From positions 1 to 34,898 of the forward strand of contig CAZADJ010000002.1 of NCBI GenBank assembly GCA_964483845.1: a DNA stretch of 34,898 nucleotides, read 5' to 3'. Below the pieces are notes generated by a model. The model did not search any database, was not told the DNA's origin, and saw only the letters and a program-made list of their open reading frames with translations. This document shows positions 21,425 through 28,938 of the stretch, piece after piece. Position 1 is the stretch's first letter; each line of letters opens with the position of its first letter. The DNA is from an uncultured Actinomycetota bacterium (GTDB lineage Bacteria; Actinomycetota; Nitriliruptoria; Nitriliruptorales; JAHWKO01). A program made the translations under genes and the position numbers.

Positions 21425-22466
21425 GCGCCTGCGCGACCTGATCCTGGACCCCCGGCCGCTGGATCGCCATGCCCTCCTCGGGGTGGGTGACGAAGCCCGG
21501 CTCGACGATCACGGCGGGAGCGCGGGTCTCGCGCAGGAGGGAGACCGTGGACGGATGTGTCCGGCAGTGCGGGCTCCCGGTCGCCGTGGTGATCCGGTCG
21601 AGGCAGAGCTCCGCGAGGCGCCGCCCGGCTGCGCTCTCGAACTCGCCGTCCCCGAAGTAGAGCGCCGAGGCGCCACACGCGGCCGCGGAGTCGAGGGCGT
21701 TGAGGCGGACGGACAGCACGGTCTCCACCCCCTCGTCGTTCGCGAGCCGCGCGCGTTCCGAGGGCGTCGGTGTCGTCTCCGGACCCCGGGTCAGGATCAC
21801 GTTCACCCCCCGCGCGAGCAGCCGGCCCTCCAGCCGGTTGGCGAGCTCCCAGGTGATCTCGTGCTCGGCACGGCCGTTCGGGGCGAGCGCGCCCGGGTCG
21901 TCGGGGCCCCGACCGGGGTCGAGCAGGATGCGCGCGCCTGCGAGCGACCGGCGTGGCGGCGCGCGCCGCAGCGCCTCGCGTTCACGCACCGTCGAGGCCG
22001 CGCCGGACTGGTGCTGCCGGTGCAGCCGCCGGAGGGCACCGACGACCTCGGACCCGACGATGCCGTCGACACGGAGCCCGGCGTTCACCTGGAAGTCACG
22101 GACCGCCTCCGCGGTGTCCGGCCCGAAGACGCCGTCGATCCCGCCCGCGTCGAACCCGAGCCGGTTCAGGCGCCCCTGCAGGTCGCGCACGTCGTCGCCG
22201 CGCAGCATCGGGTCGGTGAGGTAGAGGCGACGGTCGCCCAGCTGCCGACCCGCCTCGACGAGCGCGCGCCACGTCTCCGCACCGACCGCCCCGTCGGCGA
22301 TCAAGCCCCGCTGCTGTTGGAAGGCACGGATCGCTGACTCCGTCGCGGGGCCGTACACGGCCGGCTCGTCCCCGTCCACGGGGAAGCCGAGCGCATCCAG
22401 GCGCGACTGGACGTCATGTACCGCCGGCCCGGTCGCCCCCGGTCGGATCGCCTCCAGGATCACCAT
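21366..22466 (-). CDS. cwlM: CwlM-like protein: two PG-binding domains plus a degenerate Amidase_3 domain
   Basis: FQQQRGLIADG.VG..TW, GDRRLY...MLRGDDV..LQ, DPGRG (H to R), SVRLN (H to R), LLRETRAPAVIVEPGF. Confidence 0.88.
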   Translation of the reverse strand: MVILEAIRPGATGPAVHDVQSRLDALGFPVDGDEPAVYGPATESAIRAFQQQRGLIADGAVGAETWRALVEAGRQLGDRRLYLTDPMLRGDDVRDLQGRLNRLGFDAGGIDGVFGPDTAEAVRDFQVNAGLRVDGIVGSEVVGALRRLHRQHQSGAASTVREREALRRAPPRRSLAGARILLDPGRGPDDPGALAPNGRAEHEITWELANRLEGRLLARGVNVILTRGPETTPTPSERARLANDEGVETVLSVRLNALDSAAACGASALYFGDGEFESAAGRRLAELCLDRITTATGSPHCRTHPSTVSLLRETRAPAVIVEPGFVTHPEEGMAIQRPGVQDQVAQALSWALAEHLTGRERERHAS

Positions 22467-22565
22467 CGTCGCGCATGGTACGTCGACCGGCTCGGACGCT
22501 CGCCCGCCCGCGCGGACGGGCCGCAGGCGGGCGGGCCCGACGTGGGGGGAGCCGTCCGTCGGGGA

Positions 22566-22889
22566 TCAGCCGAGGAACTCCTGGAGGTCCTTCAGCAGCG
22601 CCTGCTTGCCCTTGGCCCCGACCACGCGCTTGGCGACATCGCCGTCGTCGAAGACGATGAGGGTCGGGATGGACATCACGCCGTAGTCGCGCGCGGTCTG
22701 GGGGTTCTCGTCGACGTTGAGCTTGAGCACCTTCAGCTTCTCGCTCTGCTCGGTGGCGATCTCGTCGACGATCGGCGAGACCATGCGGCAGGGGCCGCAC
22801 CACTCGGCCCAGAAGTCGACGAGCACCGGCTTGTCGGACTCGAGGACCTCGGACTGCCACTCGTCGCTGGTGATCGGGCGGCTTCCCAT
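22566..22889 (-). CDS. trxA: Thioredoxin
   Basis: VLVDFWAEWCGPC and SIPTL; ATG after GGAG. Confidence 0.98.
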   Translation of the reverse strand: MGSRPITSDEWQSEVLESDKPVLVDFWAEWCGPCRMVSPIVDEIATEQSEKLKVLKLNVDENPQTARDYGVMSIPTLIVFDDGDVAKRVVGAKGKQALLKDLQEFLG

Positions 22890-22972
22890 GGGTGGTCTCC
22901 TCTGGTTCGCGTGGTGGACGTCTGGTTCGGGCCGGTTCGCGGTCGGGTCAGTCTCGGTCGGGGCGTCGGCGG

Positions 22973-23995
22973 TCACTCCATGGCGGCGAGGTACCGTTCG
23001 GCGTCGATCGCGGCGCGACAGCCGGTGCCGGCGGCGGTGACCGCCTGGCGGTAGATCGGGTCCATCACGTCCCCGCTCGCGAAGACCCCCGCCACGTTGG
23101 TCGAGGTGGTCGGGTGTTCGACGTTGAGGTAGCCGGTCGGATCCATGTCCAGCTGGCCCGCGAAGAGCGATGTGTTCGGGATGTGGCCGATGGCCAGGAA
23201 CAGCCCGTCGCACGCCAGCTCACCCTCCTCGTCCGTGCGCGTGTCGCGGGTGCGTACCGCGGAGACGCGGCCGCCCTCGCCGACGATCTCGGTGACGACG
23301 GTGTCCCACAGGAACTCGATCTTGTCGTTCTTGAAGGCGCGCTCCTGCATGATCTTCGAGGCGCGCAGCTCGTCGCGCCGGTGGATCACGGTGACCTTCG
23401 ACGCGAACTTCGTGAGGAAGGTGGCCTCCTCCATCGCCGAGTCGCCGCCGCCGACCACCACGACGTGCTGGTCGCGGAAGAAGAAGCCGTCGCAGGTCGC
23501 GCATGCCGACACGCCCGCCCCCCACAGCTGCTCCTCGCCGGGGACCTCGAGCCGGCGTGGCCGCGCCCCCGTGGCGATGATCACGCTGTGTGCGAAGACC
23601 GCGCGCTCCGCGGTCGCGATGCGGTAGGGCTGGGACGAGAGGTCGACTTCGACGACGTCCTCGGTCCAGTAGCGGGTCCCGAACCGTTCCGCCTGGGCGC
23701 GCATCTCGCTGATCAGCTCGGGGCCGAGGATCCCGTCGGCGAAGCCCGGGTAGTTCTCCACGTCCGTGGTGAGCGTGAGCTGACCGCCGGTCGGGCCCCC
23801 GCGCTCGAAGCCCTCGATCACCAGCGGCTCGAGGTTGGCGCGGGACGTGTACACGGCCGCGGTGAGCCCCGCCGGTCCGGCGCCGACGATCACGACCTTC
23901 TCGGTGCCGGCATCGGTCGGTGCGTCGACGGGGCCGCTGGAGGCGGCGTCCGGGCGCGCCCGGTCGGTGGCGCCGTCGTCGTTCGGTGGGGTCAT
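22973..23995 (-). CDS. trxB: Thioredoxin-disulfide reductase
   Basis: GAGPAG, GGQLTLTTDVENYPGF, CATCDG, GGGDSAMEEA, HRRDELRAS and YRQAVTAAG; start approximate. Confidence 0.97.
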   Translation of the reverse strand: MTPPNDDGATDRARPDAASSGPVDAPTDAGTEKVVIVGAGPAGLTAAVYTSRANLEPLVIEGFERGGPTGGQLTLTTDVENYPGFADGILGPELISEMRAQAERFGTRYWTEDVVEVDLSSQPYRIATAERAVFAHSVIIATGARPRRLEVPGEEQLWGAGVSACATCDGFFFRDQHVVVVGGGDSAMEEATFLTKFASKVTVIHRRDELRASKIMQERAFKNDKIEFLWDTVVTEIVGEGGRVSAVRTRDTRTDEEGELACDGLFLAIGHIPNTSLFAGQLDMDPTGYLNVEHPTTSTNVAGVFASGDVMDPIYRQAVTAAGTGCRAAIDAERYLAAME

Positions 23996-24094
23996 CGGTG
24001 CCTCGGCGTCGGGGCGGGTGCCGTTCGGAGGTGCTCGGGGAGGATGTGCGGACGGGTGCGGTGCGACTCGTGACGTTCGTTCCTCGGCAAGCCT

Positions 24095-24120
24095 AACCAC
24101 CGGAGCGCCCCGGACATTCC
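24095..24120 (-). promoter_or_regulatory. SigR/SigH-type ECF promoter of trxBA
   Basis: GGAAT (24120-24116), N18, GTT (24097-24095); exact match to the Streptomyces SigR consensus, and trxBA is a classical member of that regulon. Confidence 0.8.
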
Positions 24121-24209
24121 GAAGCTCGTCGTCGTTCGTCGGTTCGGTCACCCCCGCACCCCACGTACCCCGGGGATCACCCCGTGGGACGGGTGGGTAG
24201 GCTCGCGCG

Positions 24210-24689
24210 GTGATGGCACAGCGGACCTGCAAGCGCCACCCACGCGAGGAGACGCGCCTCTCGTGCTCCCGGTGCGGTGATCCCATCTGTCCCCGTTGTG
24301 CGGTCCAGAGCCCGGTCGGGCAGAAGTGTCCCGCCTGCTCGAAGCAGGCGCGGGCCGCGCGGGCACGGGGCAAGCCCCGCCAGTACGCGAAGGCGGTCGG
24401 CGCCGGGCTCGCGGCGGCCGTCGGTGTCGGCGCCGCGCTCGTGGTGCTCGCGGTGTCGATCCGCTTCGGACTGATCATCGCTGCGGGGTTCGGGGGGTAC
24501 GGGATCGCACGGGCGGTGCACTGGGGTGCGGAGGGCAACAGCGCCGATCCGTTCCGCTACCTGGCGTACGTCCTCGCGGTGATCGCCGTGCAGGGGGCGG
24601 CGATGGCGCTCGGCATGCTGATCCTCACCGGGTTCTGGCTGCTCGCGTACCCGGCCGCGGTGTACGGGGCCTACATCCTGCACCGGTGA
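24210..24689 (+). CDS. B-box-type zinc finger membrane protein
   Basis: CKRHP..ET.LSCSRCGDPICPRC....PVGQKCPAC followed by 3-4 TM helices; TAGGCT lies 6 nt upstream (leaderless candidate). Confidence 0.85.
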   Translation: MMAQRTCKRHPREETRLSCSRCGDPICPRCAVQSPVGQKCPACSKQARAARARGKPRQYAKAVGAGLAAAVGVGAALVVLAVSIRFGLIIAAGFGGYGIARAVHWGAEGNSADPFRYLAYVLAVIAVQGAAMALGMLILTGFWLLAYPAAVYGAYILHR

Positions 24690-24726
24690 CCGCACCCTCC
24701 TCGCGGGTCCTGCAGCCGCGCGTTGA

Positions 24727-25536
24727 TCAGCGACCACGGCCGACGGCGAGGAGGTGGCCCGCGGAGCCCAGCATGTCGGGGTCGGACTCGACGAGCCGGG
24801 CGGCGGCGAGCAGCACGGCGCGCCGGTCCGGATCCGCCCAGCGCTCCTCGAAGCCCGCAGCGAACGCCCCGGGCCCCTCGACGCTGAGCACGTCGACGTC
24901 GGTGAAGCCGGCCCGTTCGACCTCGTCGCGGAGCTCCGCCGGGCGGTGGAAGTAGGCGGTCGTGAACAGGTCGCCCTCGGTGCCCCGGAAGACCCCGGTG
25001 CGCAGCACCTCCTCCACCACGGGGAGCAGCGCCGGCTCGTGGAGCCGGTCGTGACGCAGCAGGAGGTCCAGCAGGGCGGCGAAGCGCCCGATCGCCGCGA
25101 CGAAGACGACCCCCGTCCCGCGGAGCACGCGGTGGGCCTCGCGGAGCGCCGCGATCCGCTCCGCGGGCTCCACGAGGTGGTACAGGGGACCGAGCAGCAG
25201 CACGACGTCGACGGACCCGTCCTCCTGCGGGAGCTGACGGGCGTCACCTGTCCGAGCGGACACCTGCGGATGGATCTCCGTGGCCTGCTGGACGTGCAGC
25301 GGGACCGGGTCGATCAGCGTGACCCGGTGTCCGCGCTCGGCGAGCCACGCGGCGTACCGGCCGGGCCCACCCCCGACATCGAGGACGTCGAGCCGCCCGC
25401 CGGACAGGTACCGGTCGATGAGCTCCCTGGTCCGGACGAACTCGAGCGGCCCGGGAGCGCCCGGTGAGACCAGACGCGACCACTCGCCACCTCGTTCGTA
25501 GTACTCCCGGATGGCCGGGTCGAGCTCGGGGTCCAT
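24727..25536 (-). CDS. Class I SAM-dependent methyltransferase
   Basis: YYE..EWSRL, VLDVGGGPGRY, GDARQL and LLLGPLYHL; TATGGT lies 7 nt before the ATG. Confidence 0.9.
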   Translation of the reverse strand: MDPELDPAIREYYERGGEWSRLVSPGAPGPLEFVRTRELIDRYLSGGRLDVLDVGGGPGRYAAWLAERGHRVTLIDPVPLHVQQATEIHPQVSARTGDARQLPQEDGSVDVVLLLGPLYHLVEPAERIAALREAHRVLRGTGVVFVAAIGRFAALLDLLLRHDRLHEPALLPVVEEVLRTGVFRGTEGDLFTTAYFHRPAELRDEVERAGFTDVDVLSVEGPGAFAAGFEERWADPDRRAVLLAAARLVESDPDMLGSAGHLLAVGRGR

Positions 25537-25585
25537 GCCGGTGACCATAACCGTGGCGGGCGCACGACGGGCCGGTGATGAGAGA

Positions 25586-26509
25586 TCAGCGATCGTACTG
25601 GGCGAACCCGAGCACCTGGCAGTCGTCACGGGCCACCGCCCAGGTCTCGACCCGGCGGAACTCGCCGCTCGTCGGCTCCTCGGTCACGAACGCGTAGATG
25701 ATCGCGGGCTCGCCCTCGAAGGCGGCGAGCTCCACGTAGGTCGGGACGAGCACGGCCCGTGAGTCCGCGACCAGCTCCGGCAGGCAGCGTGCGACCGCTG
25801 CCGGAGGGTCGTCCATCACGCGAGCGCCGGTGTCGGCGTCGGCCTCCTCGGCCGGCTCCTCGGCCGTGTCGTCGGCGGCGTCGCCGGCGAGCGGGGCGGC
25901 CTCGGACTCCGCCTCGGTGCGGAGCAGCTGGCCGAGCAGCCGCTCGGCGAGCGGCTCGGCCTCCTCGGCCCGGGTCTCGGGGTGGATCACGAACTGGGTG
26001 TCGACGTTGACGGCGAGGCGGCGGAGCTCGAGCTCGCTGAAGTCGTTGTCGGTGGCGAACACCGCGACCTCCGGGGCCGGTTGCGCGTCGGTGACCTCCA
26101 TGGCCTCGTCGGTGGCGAGCGGTTCGAAGTCGCTGGCGGAGCGCAGCACGGAGCCGGTGACCACGCCGATGAGGGCGATCACCGCGGCGGCGCCGGCCGC
26201 GACGAGCAGCGGGGTCAGGGTCCGCCGCTGCCGCCGGCGCGCGAGCTCGTCCCCGTCGGTGGGGGGCGCGGTGGCCGCATCGGTCGGCCGGCTGGCGAGC
26301 TCCTCGTCGACGGCGCGGTGGATCCGGTCGGCGAGCCCGGCAGGCGGCTCGACCGGCGGCAGGGACCGCAGCGCGTCGTCGGTGCGCTCCAGGCGTTCGA
26401 GGTGCGCGCGGAGATCCGGGTCACGGGCGAGCTCCGCCTCGAGCGCGGTGCGCTCGTCGGCGTCGAGCTCGTCCGCCAGGTAGGCAGCGAGCCGCTCACC
26501 GGTCTCCAC
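25586..26509 (-). CDS. Single-pass anti-sigma factor (RsmA/RskA-like)
   Basis: N-terminal ASD-like LAAYLADEL...ERTALEAELARDP, basic stretch plus TM LLVAAGAAAVIALIGVV, extracellular domain with 2 Cys; strong RBS; follows the ECF sigma. Confidence 0.82.
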   Translation of the reverse strand: METGERLAAYLADELDADERTALEAELARDPDLRAHLERLERTDDALRSLPPVEPPAGLADRIHRAVDEELASRPTDAATAPPTDGDELARRRQRRTLTPLLVAAGAAAVIALIGVVTGSVLRSASDFEPLATDEAMEVTDAQPAPEVAVFATDNDFSELELRRLAVNVDTQFVIHPETRAEEAEPLAERLLGQLLRTEAESEAAPLAGDAADDTAEEPAEEADADTGARVMDDPPAAVARCLPELVADSRAVLVPTYVELAAFEGEPAIIYAFVTEEPTSGEFRRVETWAVARDDCQVLGFAQYDR

Positions 26510-27266
26510 GGGATCCCTCCTCTCCGGGTGCTCCGCGATCCTGATCGGGGTCGGCACCCGGATCGGCGGTGTCCGGGCCCCTGTCGGGTGAGACGTCGGA
26601 CGCGGGGTGGGGGTTCCCCGTGGTGCGCGTGCTGCGCGCCCCGGTCTGCTCGTCGGGGGCGTGCGGATCGAGGTCGGCGAGCAGCTCAGCGAGCCGGGAG
26701 CGGGCGCGGTGCACCCGGCTCTTGGCGGTCCCGATCGGCATGTCCACCGCCGCGGCGGCCTCCGCGTACGGCACCCCCTCGATCGCGACAAGAACCACCA
26801 GGGCGCGGCTCGTCGGATCGAGCTCGAGCAGGGCCCGCTGCACCGCCTCCGCGGTCTCTGTGGCGACGGCCGGGTCGCCGGGGTCCCACCCGATGGAGGT
26901 GTGGGAGCCGGCGCCGTCGACGAGGCCGACCACGTCGGCGACCGGCGATTGGGGCCGCCGCGCCCGCTTCCGCGCGAGATCGTGGCACGTGTTCACGGTG
27001 ATGCGGTAGATCCACGTGGACAGCGCACTGCGACCGCCGAACGTCTCGGCCCGCCGCGCGATGGTGAGGAAGGCCTCCTGGGTCGCGTCCTCGGCATCTG
27101 CGGCCTGACCGAAGTACCGGTAGCAGATCGCGTACACCCGTCGTTGGTAGCGGTCGACGAGCTCGTGGAACGCCCGGTCGCGACCGCCCGACAGGAAGTC
27201 CGCGAGCAGCTGCTCGTCCGAGCGGTCCCCGGGATCGGCCGGGTCGCCGGTCCGGTCCGGGGTCAC
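26496..27266 (-). CDS. ECF RNA polymerase sigma factor (SigM-like)
   Basis: [28 protein letters not shown] and region 4 [23 protein letters not shown]; GTG overlaps the kinase stop; conserved position upstream of trxB. Confidence 0.92.
   Translation of the reverse strand: MTPDRTGDPADPGDRSDEQLLADFLSGGRDRAFHELVDRYQRRVYAICYRYFGQAADAEDATQEAFLTIARRAETFGGRSALSTWIYRITVNTCHDLARKRARRPQSPVADVVGLVDGAGSHTSIGWDPGDPAVATETAEAVQRALLELDPTSRALVVLVAIEGVPYAEAAAAVDMPIGTAKSRVHRARSRLAELLADLDPHAPDEQTGARSTRTTGNPHPASDVSPDRGPDTADPGADPDQDRGAPGEEGSRGDR
26592..26617 (-). promoter_or_regulatory. SigM-type promoter inside the sigma gene 3' end
   Basis: GGAAC (26617-26613), N17, CGTC (26595-26592), about 80 nt upstream of the anti-sigma start. 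Confidence 0.65.
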
Positions 27267-28555
27267 GACGTCGCCGGGCCGCCGGAGGCATCGACGACGG
27301 GAGACACCTGCACCGTGGCCGGGGACGACACGGCGACGACCGCCCCGGTGGCGTCCCCGTCGACGGGCTCGCCGTCCTCGCCGAGCGCCTGTCCGGCCAG
27401 CAGCGCGATCAACGTGAGCAGCACCCCACCGACGAACGCGGCGACCAGCCGCCCGCGCGTGCCCGGCGTGCCGAGCAGCGCGGCGCTGTCCGAGGACCGC
27501 ACGTCGGGGGCGGCGGTGGGATCCGGGCCGACCAGCGTGCGGGTCATCTCGCTGGGTCGCCCGTCGACGATCGCCGCGAGCGCGGCGGCCATCGTGCGTC
27601 CGTCCGGGAAGCGATCGATGGGGTCGCGTCTGGTGGCGCGGACGACGAGGTCGTCCAGCGCGCGCGGGACGTCCGCGCGGACGGTGCGGGGGGCGGGCAG
27701 CTCCCGGGCGAGCCGCGCCGCGGCGGTCGCCGTCGGGGTGTCGCCCTGGAACGCGGCCTCGCCGGTCAGGCACTCGTAGAGGACCACGCCGAGGGAGTAC
27801 ACGTCGGCCCGACCGTCGACCTCGTGACCCTCGAGCTGCTCCGGGGCGAGGTAGGCGGCCGTCCCGATCACGGTCCCGGGACTCGTCAGCGTGTCGTCGT
27901 GGTCGAGTGCCTTGGCGATGCCGAAGTCCGTCACCTTGGCGATGCCGTCGGAGGTGATGAGGATGTTGGCGGGCTTGACGTCGCGGTGGACGATCCCCTG
28001 CTCGTGGGCGCGTCCGAGGGCCGCGGACACCTGCTCGCCGAGGGCCGCGACGATCTGCGGGTCGAGCGGGCCGGCCCGCTGGACGATCTCGCGGAGGCTC
28101 GGCCCGTCGATGTACTCCATGACGAGGTAGACGAGGTCGTCCTCCTGTCCGGTGTCGAAGATGCCGACGGCGTGCGGGTGCGTGAGCTGCGCGGCGGCCT
28201 GCGCCTCGCGTCGGAAGCGCTCGACGGTCTTCTCGTCCCCCGCCAGATGGGGATGGAGCAGCTTCACCGCGACCGAGCGGTCGAGGTTGACGTCGTGCGC
28301 GCGCCAGACGATGGCGACACCGCCCGTGGCGATCGGTTCCTCGAGCTGGAACCGGTTGGCGAGCATGCGGGCGACGCCCGGCCAGGTCGCGCTCGAATCC
28401 GTCGGACGTTCGCTGGGTCGTGGGTGCGGCTCGGCGGGAGGCGTCGCCGACCCGCCCTGGAGCACGTCGGCATCGCCGTCGATGAACGTCGGCTGGTCGT
28501 GCAGGCCGCGGTCACCGCCCACGTCGTCCGGCAGGCTCCGCCCCTCGTCCGTCAC
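27263..28555 (-). CDS. Hanks-type Ser/Thr protein kinase with a C-terminal TM
   Basis: [43 protein letters not shown] and DVYSLG; [21 protein letters not shown]. Confidence 0.96.
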   Translation of the reverse strand: MTDEGRSLPDDVGGDRGLHDQPTFIDGDADVLQGGSATPPAEPHPRPSERPTDSSATWPGVARMLANRFQLEEPIATGGVAIVWRAHDVNLDRSVAVKLLHPHLAGDEKTVERFRREAQAAAQLTHPHAVGIFDTGQEDDLVYLVMEYIDGPSLREIVQRAGPLDPQIVAALGEQVSAALGRAHEQGIVHRDVKPANILITSDGIAKVTDFGIAKALDHDDTLTSPGTVIGTAAYLAPEQLEGHEVDGRADVYSLGVVLYECLTGEAAFQGDTPTATAAARLARELPAPRTVRADVPRALDDLVVRATRRDPIDRFPDGRTMAAALAAIVDGRPSEMTRTLVGPDPTAAPDVRSSDSAALLGTPGTRGRLVAAFVGGVLLTLIALLAGQALGEDGEPVDGDATGAVVAVSSPATVQVSPVVDASGGPATS

Positions 28556-28938
28556 CACTCGACCGTCCTCGTCGCCTCGCGGACCGTGAAGCGCTCAAGC
28601 GGCCCGACCTCGTGGATCAGCAGGGTGCCAGCCTCGGAGCGTACCCACACCGTGAGCTCCTCGTGGTCCGCGACGAGATCCACGTACTCCACCCCCCGTT
28701 CGTCCGCCGTCTGCTCCGCGGCTCGGTCCGCGTCGGCGAAGGTGCCGCTCCGGTAGGCGACCGCGGCGGCGCGGGCCACCTCGCGAGCCGCATCCTCCAC
28801 CGCGACCGCGTTGATCGCCACCGCGGCGCCCTCGAAGAGGACGAAGGCCAGCGCGACGACGAACACCACGAGGCGCAGCAGCCACCCCGTCACGATACCG
28901 CCGGCCTCGCCGTGGCGGGGATCAGGCAGCTTCGTCAT
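28552..28938 (-). CDS. Hypothetical TadE/pseudopilin-like membrane protein
   Basis: Short leader ending EAG, hydrophobic helix, then [11 protein letters not shown]; overlaps both neighbours. Confidence 0.65.
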   Translation of the reverse strand: MTKLPDPRHGEAGGIVTGWLLRLVVFVVALAFVLFEGAAVAINAVAVEDAAREVARAAAVAYRSGTFADADRAAEQTADERGVEYVDLVADHEELTVWVRSEAGTLLIHEVGPLERFTVREATRTVEW

